Source of the DNA: Strigamia acuminata
Lineage: Eukaryota
NCBI GenBank assembly: GCA_949358305.1
Contig: OX442314.1
Location: 11,408,001 to 11,472,000, forward strand
DNA length: 64,000 bases
Direction of reading: 5' to 3'
Part shown: in pieces, positions 39,811 to 51,700 of the stretch
How the letters are laid out: the number at the start of each line of letters is the position of its first letter
Position numbering within the stretch: position 1 is the stretch's first letter
Position numbers and translations under genes: made by a program
Notes under the pieces: model-generated
Seen by the model: only the letters and a program-made list of their open reading frames with translations
What the model was told of the DNA's origin: nothing
Database searches by the model: none

Positions 39811-40658
39811 GCTAATTTTTTTCGTTTTGTGATAAAAATACCATCAAATTTTAATATATTTCAAACAATTTTTACTTTTTTAAAAATATTTCTTTTACAA
39901 TTTTTAAATTATTCGCAAAATCCATAAAAAAATCATATTGGTACCTCTCTAATTTACTATAATCAAATCTACATTAAATTTTAAAAAAAAAATCTCCTAC
40001 TCTTTCCATATTACATTGACATACAAACATGTTAAACTTGCAAAGAAAAAACAACAGTATTACAGTAACTTTAATTTTTCACAATACTACTCCCTTATTT
40101 AAAACTAAACCCAAAAAGAGAAAAAAAAACCCAAAAAATCCCAAGCAACGAGATTAAAAAAGTCAAACAAAAAACTTGCTTGACGTTTCTTCCCATTTCC
40201 AAAATAATTTATTTAACAAAGAAAAACAAAGTTAACTTTTTTTTCTCCAGCAAAAGTAAGACTTGGATTAGAGTTGTATTTTTATTTCCAAGATGGTAGC
40301 GGCGCCACTCCCTCCGGTGCAATGCAAATACAACCTGCTTGCAGGGTTATTGATCTTCCCTCGGATGTCCTGGGAATCTTGGCCTCCAATAATTCAAGAG
40401 ACCGTCGCTGCGAAAATCCTCCTCACATCCCGCATGGAAACCAATCTTCTTATAACCCTTTCTGTCCACAAGAAAACTAGTCTCCCTGTGCACACAACCC
40501 CCAGCAACTTCTACAACACTTTCTTTTACACAAACAAGAAACAGAACAAAACAAACTCCAAACATTTCCTCTGCACAGCAGCACGAATCCCATAATAATC
40601 AGAATCATTTAATATCATTTAATGTATTGTTTAATCAGTAAAAGACTTGATTTCAACC

Positions 40659-41173
40659 AGTACACAGAAGACTTTCAGAGTCTGAATATTCAGAGTCTGA
40701 ATTTTCAGGTTGTCACGCCGCAAACGAAATGATTGGCTGTGTCTTTCCGTGTGCGGAAATTGTTTGGTACACACAATCCGTGCACGTGTTGTAATTACAA
40801 ATGGCGACCACTTCATTGTGCAAAATAAATGGATTACAGTATTTTTAAATTAATAATTAATAATAAATTATAAAATAAATTAATCAAACATTTTTAGTAT
40901 TGTCTGTCTTTGTATTCAGTATTCACCTCCGTCTTATGTACGACTGGTCACGATTGATTGCATTACCACAATGCATTTTGGGTACTCAGAATTTGTTCGT
41001 GCACGGAAACAATTGAATTTTTCCGTGCACCATCACTGCCGGAAAGAATGGAATTCCGGTCGCCAGAAAGTTTTCGTGTGTGGTAAGCAGAACTATGTGT
41101 ACCACGTCGACCAAAACTTCTGGCCGCTCACGGAAAGTGACCATTCCATGCACGGAATCAGGTCATGTGTACT
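40659..41173. mobile_element. Weak candidate decayed DNA-transposon derivative
   Basis: Inverted AGTACACA and TGTGTACT ends, with several internal CCGTGCAC/GCACGGA motifs in both orientations. Confidence 0.25.
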
Positions 41174-41864
41174 TAACTTAGTTTTAGTTCAGTTTGAGTT
41201 TATGGGAAACCCGACCCGACATTTAAACAACGAAACATATTTAACTGGTAGTTAAACGTGTTTTCGTGAGTGCTTTTGGTTTATTTTGAGTCCACTGTGA
41301 ACTTCCGTAGTTATAAAGGTCAAGGAAAAAAATGGTGGAGCGAGGAGACTGGTATTAAATCATGCAAATGAGTTGTGCGGGGAAGGATAATGGAAAAAAA
41401 TGGCGGAATCAATATTTTGCAGGTCTAGTCAATTAAAAAAAGGGGTTACTCAAGCAGAGAGGGCGATTTAATAATTCGTAAAAAGGGAAGGAAAAAAAAG
41501 AAAGTGTTAAAAAATGAACAGCGCTTGTGAAATTAGGTTTACAAAAATTATTTACTTGGAAGAATTAAAACATAAATTTGTCTTTATCACGGTTCTTGCA
41601 GATTGTGTGCTCACACATTTTTGCTAAGAGTTTGTGAGTGAGCAGCTTATACAGTCACGGGTCTTGATGGTCATAACTTAGACGCACGAATGGAGGCGAG
41701 GAAGGGAAAGGACCATGGGCAAAAAGTGCGCTTTTTTTCGTAGATGGATTGAGTTGTAAGGGCTTTGAGTTAAAACTTAAAGGTAAGGTGCAGTGTGGTT
41801 TCTGTTTCAGGGTGTTTGGTAGAAGTTTTTGATAAAGTTTTGTTGTTTGTGTGAATAATGAATA

Positions 41865-42475
41865 ACTTTTGGTCAAGATTATTGGTAAAAATTTGAGTTT
41901 TGGTAAAGATTTTGCTTGTTTTGGTTTATATTTTGGATTTTTTGGTCAAAATTTTGGATTTTTTGGTCAAAATTTTGGATTTTTTGGTCAAAATTTTGGA
42001 TTTTTTGGTCAAAATTTTGGATTTTTTGGTCAAATTTTTGGATTTATTAGTCAAAATTGTGGATTTTTTGGTCAATATTTTGGATTTTTTAGTCAGAATT
42101 TTGGATTTTTTGGTCAAATTTTTGGATTTATTGGTCAAAATTTTGGATTTTTTGGTCAAAATTTTGGATTTTTTGGTCAAAATTTTGGATTTTTTGGTCA
42201 AAATTTTGGATTTTTTGGTCAAAATTTTGGATTTTTTAGTCAAATTTTTAAATTTTTTGGTCAAAATTTTGATTTTTTGACTAAAATTTATTTTTTTGTG
42301 TCCAGATATTGGTTTTTTGGTCAAAATTTTGGTATTTTGAGTAAAGAATTTGGTTTTTGGTTAAAATTTTGGTATGTTGGGTAAAGATTTTGGTTTTTTG
42401 ATCAAAATTTTGGTTTTTTTGGTCAAGATTTTGGTTTTTTAGTCAAAATTTCGGTTTTTTTGGTCAAGTTTTTGC
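41865..42475. repeat. 21-bp minisatellite (largest array)
   Basis: Unit TTTTGGATTTTTTGGTCAAAA. It produces the spurious GFFGQNF, KILDFLV and KKSKILT ORFs. Confidence 0.97.
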
Positions 42476-44978
42476 TTATTTTCATGTTTTTTTACAAGGA
42501 AAAATTAGTTTTTGTTTGTAAAGTTGTTAAAAGTTAATTATTTTGGGCAAAACATAACATTTTTTGAATTATTATTTCTTTTTGCAATAGGAGGTCAAAA
42601 TAAAAGATATTATTGCTTTTTAAAAGTTGAAAAGAATAAGGAAAAAAATGTTGAATATTTTGGAATTTCAACATTCAATTGAAATGCAATGCATCAATTT
42701 GCCTTGTCGACATTCAATGGAATCCAAGGAATTTTTTTCTTGTTTTCTTCCACCCTCTTTTCTGGGATTAATAAAAACATGCCACGATTTTATCCGAGAT
42801 CTTCTCCAGAAAGAAAAAAAAATCAGGTCTTCAGACCCATCATATCAATGAAAGAATGTTTGTTACCATGACAACTGATCTCACTCCATCTATTCATTAA
42901 TAGGCTTCTTAGTTTGACACTAGAGTGCGCTGCTTCCCGCGGCTTTAATTAATTACAGCTAAAACCAAAGGAAATTCTCCTTTTAATAGAAAAAAATAAA
43001 TAATAATACATTGTTTTTAAAACATTCTTTTCTTCGAAATAAAAAAAAACATATTTGATGTTTTTCTCAATCCATTTTCAATCTTGGGTGTAAACTTTTA
43101 GCTTTCAGCGACCCCAGGATCATTATTTTATCACCCAATCAAACAAAACCTGATACCGAAACTTCGAGAGAACACCACCAGGGTCCTGGCCCCACGACCA
43201 TCTGCCCCATGCAAAAAAAAATTAAAAAAAAAAAAACTTTTACTCGAATTTCTATTCAAACAAAACCAAAGTTCCAAAATAAAAAATAAAATAAAAAATT
43301 TAAAAAATAAAAAATATAAAAAATCAATTTTTATAAAAATAAAAATAAAAAATAAAAATAAAAAATCCAAAAAAAAAATAAAATCAATTAATGAAATTAA
43401 ATTAATTTTTTTGGGTTTTGTTTACCATTAGATTCACGAGAAAAAGCTTCTCGTTCTCGTCTTAACCGAGTTCCAGCTGCAAATTGCTTCGGAGAACCCA
43501 TTAGCCACGACAGGGGTGCAATGATGGCGTGCGCCGGGTAATGGGAAAGTCGCGTCGCCATTGGTTCGAACGGAGTAGCGGACACGAGAGCGACATGGCG
43601 GCAAAGGGTTGGGAAAGAAAAACCCACCCCATCGGCTATCAACCCCTAGGGTAATGTCCGATATTTTTCTCTCTATCTCTTTTCTTGTTGCTGAGCTGTC
43701 AAGCTCGAAGAATGTGCAATGGAGGATGTCGAAACCAGGGGGAGTTTAAAAAATGGCGTTGTATTCGATTTAACCCTTTTTTAATGCAAAAGGCAGTAAT
43801 GGCGGACGACCGGGGGAAGCGAAAATGAAGGTGATTGATTTTTTCCCCGGTTCCAGCCTCCAAACCGAGGGTGGAAACACGAGGTCAACCCAAGGGTCAC
43901 GTGCTGGACGCATCTGAAAGGGTTACTAAGGCAACCAATTTTTTTTTTCTTTTGGGGGGGTCGGGTGATGGGGGGTATTGATGAAAAATGTAATTTAATG
44001 AGATTCTTTGTAAATACAGACGCCCTTTTCAATTTTTGCAATTGCACTTTGAACCCCTTTGATTGTAATGTCCATTAGGATTTCGCAGTGACTCAAGAGA
44101 GGACATGGTCCATCAATCAGTTGACGTCATTAGTGTTGTGCAATTTTATGTATTAAAAGAGTTGAGGTGGGAAGGGGAAGAGTTTGTTGATGTTTAATTG
44201 ATATTTATATTGGAAATTAAAGGTAAAGATTGGGCAATGAATCTTGTTTTTGAAGGAAGGGGATTTGTTCACGAGCACATCATTTTGCCCTGGTCTTTTG
44301 GGACGGGATTTAACGTTGGTTTATTATGTTTTCATGCGTCCATTTTTATCTTAGTCTGGTCATGGTTATGTTATCAGGGCTGGAGATGCACCTGGAGATT
44401 TATAAATATTCTTTTATGATGTTTCCATGTCACCAGGACTAAATCTCTCTTGTTTGTTCGTTAAACCCTTTGATGCCAACTCGTTGTGGGCTGTTTTGAT
44501 CGTACTTAAATAGGCAGGTTTTTAGGGTTTAAATGGTAAAATAAAATTGGAGATATTATTACAACAGTAAAATTATTTAATTGATGGTTAACATGGACTT
44601 GGACAATGTATAAAATATTTGGCACAGATTATTATAGATTAAAGAATTATGTCCAAAACAACAAACTATTAGTTTTTAAATTTTAAACAGTAAATATTAT
44701 GGTTATAACAGCAAAAATGACAAAAATATTATGTATTAGGCAAATTAACTCATATATATACTATTGGTTTAAAAGCTTGTTGGAAAGATTATTATTGGCG
44801 CGTAAGTGTGTAATGAGTAATTATAAATTATTTACATCAAGAACACTTTGAAATGGCATTAAGTTGTTATTTAACACATGATTTCACTTGAATAAATTTT
44901 TTTATTTTGCATATTTATATTATTATATTGCATAAAATGGAATTTTTGGTGCATATTTTATCCGTCCGAGACTAAACA

Positions 44979-45106
44979 GCATTTTTAGACGACGTGTTTA
45001 AAAAATGGCGGTTGATTTAGTCTGCTTTGAGTCGCAATGGGCATGCGCACAACATTTAAACAACAAAACATGTTTAACTGCAATTTTAAACACGCTTTTC
45101 GAATGC
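44979..45106. mobile_element. Possible MITE relic with long imperfect inverted arms
   Basis: CGTGTTTAAAA (44993-45003) and TTTTAAACACG (45084-45094) form a perfect inverted core. It extends imperfectly outward (GCATT/AATGC) and inward. Confidence 0.4.
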
Positions 45107-46969
45107 AGGGCGTGTGTGTTTAATTAAAGCTGTTTTTTTCCATCTCCGGAAATGACCAGCAAACAAAACGATAAAACAAAACACATTTCATAGATAAAGA
45201 AGAAAACCGTCATAGTGCTATTATTAGATTAGCGACATAAAAACCAACAGATTAACAACAAAACAGCTATACAGACGTCGTGGAAGAGACACTTTTTTCA
45301 TGCAATAAAAGAGATTTTCGCACACTATTTTTGACGACTCCTCCTAAAACGGATGACAGTTGTTAACCCAACTTGTTTTTAACATTCTTTTAAGTAGATT
45401 CTCAGAATTTATTGTCACATTAGAAATGTGCAGAACATTTTTTATATATATTTGATGTCCCCCCCAACATATCTATCCCCTTTGTGACGGGAGGGTGATT
45501 TTTGGTAAATGTCCATACAGCGCCATTACCGAGGAAATTGGTCATTTGTCTCGTCGTGTCGCATTTAATGACAAATAACTAACGCAAAAATAAAATAAAA
45601 ATAGAAATTTTTCTAGAAAAATTAAAATCTCATTTTAACAATTTCTGATAAAGGGGTTGTCAAAAAAAAAACCACATTGGGGTTGGGGGTGTTATGTCTA
45701 TTTTCTACAGTCGCGCCATTCTCCGAGGGAGGGGCAGAGAGGGTTATATCGCTCAGCTGGCTTACACTATGGAGATGAGGGGCCTCAAAGCTGGCGCAAG
45801 AGGTTCAACCCCTTTTTTCACTTTTTTTTTTGTTCAGAAAGGGGTGCGACCACCTCTGTCTGGGTAGGGGAGAAAGGGTGGATGACACATGGTGCGAACC
45901 CTTTTCAGCGACATCCAATTAAAAACGGGGGGAAAAAGGGTTCCTCGAGTTGCATCCACTTCTGGAAAATAAAAAAGAGAAGCGAATGTCCCAGAACTGG
46001 AATCGAGAAAAGAAATTGAAGTAAAAAAAATTGTTAGACGAAGGGTAGGGTTTTTCAAAGAAACCTCATCCCCCCGCACCCCTCGGGAGAGCAAGACAAA
46101 AAATATATAACCCTCACATCAGTCTCCTCTCCCTCGATACGACGACAGGTATTGATCGACACCCCGTTTATTACCATCCGCAGAAAGGGGTGAGAGTGGA
46201 AAAAGGGGTTGGACGAATTTGCCTAACCCCCTCCGTCGATTCTTGTGTGCCCCATTTTTTTTTTTTGGCTGGGGTTTGGTCATTCTTTGCAGATGATACA
46301 AGAATTTTGTATAATGTCATTAAAGGGGAAAAAGTGTGTGTGAAAAATGATTATTGGGAATTGCGTCATAGGTCTGGACACAAAGGGATGGTCAGTTTAG
46401 TGATGGTCGGGGGAATTGAAGGGTTAGGGGGAGATTCATTAATGATGGGATTGAAGGATTGCCTCGCGTGGGATGGAGGAAAGGGTGCAGTAAAGCCGGG
46501 ATCGTTAGAAACTCGGGGCTTGGGATGAAAAAATGGGATGGGGATTGTGTGTGGGTCGGGAGAAAAATGGGAAATGGATGGAAAGAGGAGGGAAAATTGT
46601 GGGGGGTTGAGTTGTGGGTGTTGTCGTTTGGGTTTGTTTTGTTTGGGAAGTTTGTAGTATTTTGGGTTTTAGAAATTCAAAGCATTCTTGGGTTGGGATA
46701 AACAATATTGGTTTTCTTCCATATTGGAATGCCATCCAATATGATGGGAACATGCCACTTGTGGTTTCTCAATTTTACATGCCACTTGTATTTTTTTTTT
46801 TGTCTTTTTTAATTTTTTTTTATTTTTCTGAGGGCGTTTTTTATCTATTTATTTATTTATTTGAAATTATTTTTATATTTTTGGTGAATGTAGTTTTTCG
46901 TAATGAAAAAGGTGTTTGCGGAATGAGGTATTGTAGGTCAAAAAGCGTTTTTTTAAAAAAAAAATGTAC

Positions 46970-47260
46970 GAGATTTATTTTTATGGGATTTATTTTCGTG
47001 GGATTTATTTTCATGGGATTTATTTTTTTGGGATTTATTTTTATGGGATTTTTTTTTTTTTTTACCGGATTTATTACTATAGGATTTATTTCTACGGCAT
47101 TTATTTCTATGGGGTTTATTTTTATGGGATTTTTTTTTTTTTTTTACCGGATTTATTACTATAGGATTTATTTCTACGGCATTTATTTCTATGGGGTTTA
47201 TTTTTATGGGATTTATTTCCACCGGATTTATTTCTACGGGATTTATTTTCATATGATTCT
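46970..47260. repeat. 15-bp minisatellite with 82-bp higher-order duplication
   Basis: GGGATTTATTTTCAT-like units. The ACCGGATTTATTACTATAGG block recurs at 47064 and 47146. Confidence 0.9.
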
Positions 47261-48319
47261 GTGAGATTTCACGGGATTTCACAGGGTTTGCCTGTTGGGT
47301 GTTGTTATTTCATTTAAGAATTATTTTTATTTCCGCTACATAATTGATGACAAATTTTTAATAACTTTTTAAAAAAAAATTTCCACGCATGCTGCATGGG
47401 TGACTTCTAGTTGCAAATTAAATTGGAATAATATTTGGGTTTAATTGATTACTTCAAATTGGCTGCTTAATTGTCACTTAGTGAATTGCGTTTTTGTGCT
47501 TCCATCTAGCGGCGAATCGAGGTATTAGTATATTTTTAATTCTTTTTTTTTAATTAAAAATAAAAAAAAAAATTGATTAATTTTTATCAAGTTGAAAGAA
47601 AAAATAAAGCGCAATAGAAATCAATTGAAAATCACAAAAAAAAGCAATAAAACTAGTAAGGGCCGTGGAAAAGAGAACAGAACACCTTTATTATGCCCTT
47701 TGCCACCTTCGAGTTGACACTTATCAAGCGCCGCCCTGTAAGCAATCTCATATAAACCTGTCGTCCAGTGTTTGCGGTTTGCTGAAAAATCGTCTTCATA
47801 ATTTTTATCTCTTTTTTTTTGCGCCCGTTTCCTTGAGCAATATGGCGCCAGGCGCACGTGCAAACTCATTTGCTTAAATAGTAGCAAACCATAAACGCCC
47901 AGGAGTAAATGGGAGGTGGAGGGGCATTTTTAATTACAACAAACATTAGACTAGTTTTTATTGAAGGGGGGAGCACACAGACGAGGGTTGCAAGGGCAAA
48001 ATTAAGAAAGATAATAAGCACATTGGAACATAAATAAAATACAAGGCAAGCCACGGCCTTGTGGGCATGAGCACATACTCACGGAAGCGCCATCGCGCGA
48101 CGGAAACACGAAAGAAAGCGGATGGATTAAACTGAAATTGTGCCCAATGATTTTTTTTTTGTTTTTTTTGTCTTACTTTCATTTGTATTACAAAACGTTT
48201 ACATGCAACAATGTATACCGCAAAATGCAGGAAAGGAAACCAGTGTTGACATTGCTGGAAATAATAAATGACTGATTCAATTTTTATATTACCCCGCGCT
48301 CTATTGACAAAACCTAGAC

Positions 48320-48710
48320 ATTGAATTCAATCGGTTCGGTCAATTTAGATTTTTATTTTCGTCGATTTGGTCAATTTTATGCATCTATTTTAGTCGTTTT
48401 GGTCAATTTAGACATTTATTTTAGTCGTTTGGGTCAATTGAGACATTTATTTAATTGTTCTTGATCAATTTAGACATTTATTTTAGTCGTTTTGGTCAAT
48501 TTAGACATTTATTTTAGTCGTTTTGGTCATTTTTGACATTTATTTTAGTCGTTTTGGTCAGTTTAGACATTTATTTTAGTTGTTTTGGTCAATTTAAACA
48601 TTTATTTAAGTCGTTTTGGTCAATTTAGACATTTATTTTAGTCGTTTTTGTCAATTTAGACATTTATTTTAGTCGTTTTGGTCAATTTAGACATTTATTT
48701 TAGTCGTTTT
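48320..48710. repeat. 31-bp minisatellite (family X, second locus)
   Basis: Unit TTTTAGTCGTTTTGGTCAATTTAGACATTTA, closely related to the 8.9-kb array and in the same orientation. Confidence 0.95.
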
Positions 48711-51700
48711 TTTTGTTGAAATTTTGAGGTTTGTATATTAATGAAGATTTCAAGCCATTTGTCTTCGCTCCCACTTTGCTTTTTCCTCTCTGCGGTTTTG
48801 TCTAATCGCTTGATGCATCATCATTTTGTTTTAAAAATTGTTGAAGATGACGGGCAAATGTGTCACTCAACTTGATGCTAATTCCAAATGAGAAAAAGGG
48901 CCCCTATCTTGACATTTGTAAGTCTCAATGGGAAGTATATGCGATTGAGTTTTTTTTCTGCCTTTTCTGTTAACCACTTTCACATCTCAGCTCTCCTACT
49001 TTCTTCCCTTCTCTTCACTTGTCATGATAATGTCATCTTTTCGACTTTGTCAATGATTTTTCTTCCCTTTTTTCTCTTTTCATCTATCTTGACATTTCAA
49101 CTTTATTTAATTTTTTTCTTCTTCTTTCTTCTTCCTTAAAAGAAAAAAAAAATTTTATCCCTAAAAAAAAAAACAGAAAAAAAATCATTAATGGGTAATT
49201 TTTTTTATAATTAATTTTTTTTTCTCTCCCCTACTCTTCTCCGGTTTCAAAAAAGCCAATTTGTTGTCATAAAAAGAGACTTTGCCACAAAAACCGTCCG
49301 CGGCACCCCTGGCGCTTCCCTCGCCACGTGGCGCCCTTTTGGTATTGGCAGGTTGTTTTCAACGGCACAAAAGTTAAATACACCTAACTAAACGACATTG
49401 TCCACTCAAATTCCCATCTTTTTGAGTACCTTTGAAAAGCACCCCCTGCGTCGTCTCCGATCTCTTTCCTGCATCGCTTCAATCTCGCAAAAAGCCTGTG
49501 GAAAATCACTTTTCGCAGCGCAGCGCAAGAGGTCGCATCTGCATCTTGTACTGCACAAGTTAGAAAAGCCAAATGCAAATCAAAAATGCGATCACTCGTG
49601 ATTCGCTGCCCCTTCTCGTCGAGACACACTTTAGCCCCATATAAATATGGGATTTTTTTTGTTCTCTAAGCCGCGAGTGCGGGGCCACCGAGAAGAGAGG
49701 CTCGGGTGAGGACGTCAACCCTTTATCGCTGAGAAACATCTGGGTCCATGTGGGCCGCCTCAGCCATTCGTGTTTGCTCGCGCAACTCCTGAGCAAACAA
49801 TTAAATTATTTTTTCTCTAAGAGCGGGCCATGCCACACATCCCGTGGTGCATTGTGGACGATGCAGTGGCGAATGTGGTCATAAAAAATAAGAATGAGAA
49901 ATATCAATAAACAAATAAATGATTTTTTTATTATAATTTTTGTTTATAATCAATTTTAAGATTTTTTTTTTGCTTTTTTTTTGATAACCCCATATTGAAT
50001 TGGATTTTTTTTAAGTCTGTCTTCTTCTAATCTTATGAAACTCATCCAAAGGGATTCTGGGAGAAATTTGTGCATTCATGGTCCATCCATAATTCACTCG
50101 TAATCTTCTCGTTGGCAGGGAGACCAACCTTAGAGAACTCTTTTTCCTCCGCTTCTTCTTTCACTCCACGATTTACGGGTGTATCAAATATGCTTGAAAT
50201 GCACTCACTCTCTCATACACACAAGTAGAATTGTGTACGCAGAAAAAAAAGTATGCGAGAGAGAGCATTTCAATTCAATTTCTACAATAAATTGGGATCT
50301 CAAAAGATAGACAGTTATTACCAACTTCAGTTTATGGCACGCAGTTCCGCATAATTAAATGATTTTTTATTTTTAAAGAAAAAGAAATTCGGACCATCCT
50401 TATTCCTCTTATAAAAAAAAAAAAAAAAAAAAAAAAAATTTTTTTTTTAATATTAATAAAAATTCAACACGCATTTTATTTTTTATGGTAAATAAATGAA
50501 AATGAAAATATTTTTTTTTTTTAGTTTTTTATATATTAGAAAGCATTGAACTTTGAATTTTTGAATAAAAACAGAAGTATGTCACTTCGTGTGAACGTCG
50601 TGCTCGCTCTAATTGATGCAAGTGGCGACGCCTTTGGACGTTTTAGTCATCAAACTGGCAATTATTGGCGTATAGCAAACTACGGCTGAGCAAATTTGAA
50701 CTTGACCATATTAAAAAAGCCATCGAACTTTGACACGTTGTAAAGGAAATGAAGAAATGAGTAGTTTGAGAGTTGCTCATTTGTGTAATCGTTTTGTAAT
50801 AACGATGGCTGACATTTTGTGTCCCGGTAGAAAACTTCACGGTCGATCTGCTCGTTTTTGTCGAGTGATTGAGATTTACTTTGAGGGAATAAAAGGTAGA
50901 TTTTTGTTTAATCAATCATTCTAAGTGGTTTAAATGACGCGATAAAGCTTAGATTTCAATGCGAAAGTGCAAAATACAAAATTGGGTCCTGAATTTAAAT
51001 TTATTGCTAATTTCCCACTGCATCTTAAAGTAAAATTTTGTAATTTTGTCCTTTTAGCTCAAAATCCTTGTTATCACGGCTGATGGGTCATCTAAGCAGA
51101 CTCCGAATGAGTGGAAAAAGCGGCCTAGTTTTCAATAACACGCCCACAAGTATCCAATCTATAAGATTGGAATTTTTAGGTTGCAGGATGTCGAGATAAT
51201 AAAACATGGTTCCAACCCTTTGCAGATAAAACGTGCATCATGCACTCTGCATTCAGTGATTGATTTTTTTTTTTAATATAATTAATTAAATTTTGTTATT
51301 TAATTTTATTTTTTTGTAATTAATGGGATATAAATGAGGGTTAACTTAACAGTGGCTAGTATACGAGGCTACAACACGAGTTATTATACGTTTCTACTTG
51401 TGCAGCGGTAAAAAAGAACGGTGATAATTTATGATGGAGGTAGAAAAACATGATGTAACTTAGGAGCGGCTACACAAAGAGAAAAAATTCTCTTTAATAA
51501 AAAATTAATTTTCACTTTTATTTGCGAGGTAAAAAGCTTTTGATTCGAAATAATTAATTTGAAGAAAAAAAAATTAAATTGAAGACGACTTTTTTCACAT
51601 TTTTTTGAATTAATTCGACCTCACCTTGACGCCTTAAACGAATTGTTTATACCAATTTGCTTGTAATGGCTGCAGCCCTACCTTTGTCTTTGAGGCACTG

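Noticed and set aside
41869..42384. 171-, 126- and 132-aa repeat ORFs (GFFGQNF, KILDFLV, KKSKILT)
   Set aside because: They are translations of a 21-bp minisatellite that is open in several frames on both strands, with no coding context.
46614..47282. 216-aa hydrophobic ORF and overlapping ORFs
   Set aside because: They derive from T-rich sequence and the 15-bp repeat. The Phe/Ile richness is compositional.
8640..48710. Tandem arrays as CRISPR-like repeat-spacer loci
   Set aside because: Units are head-to-tail with no unique spacers, there are no cas genes, and the context is eukaryotic.
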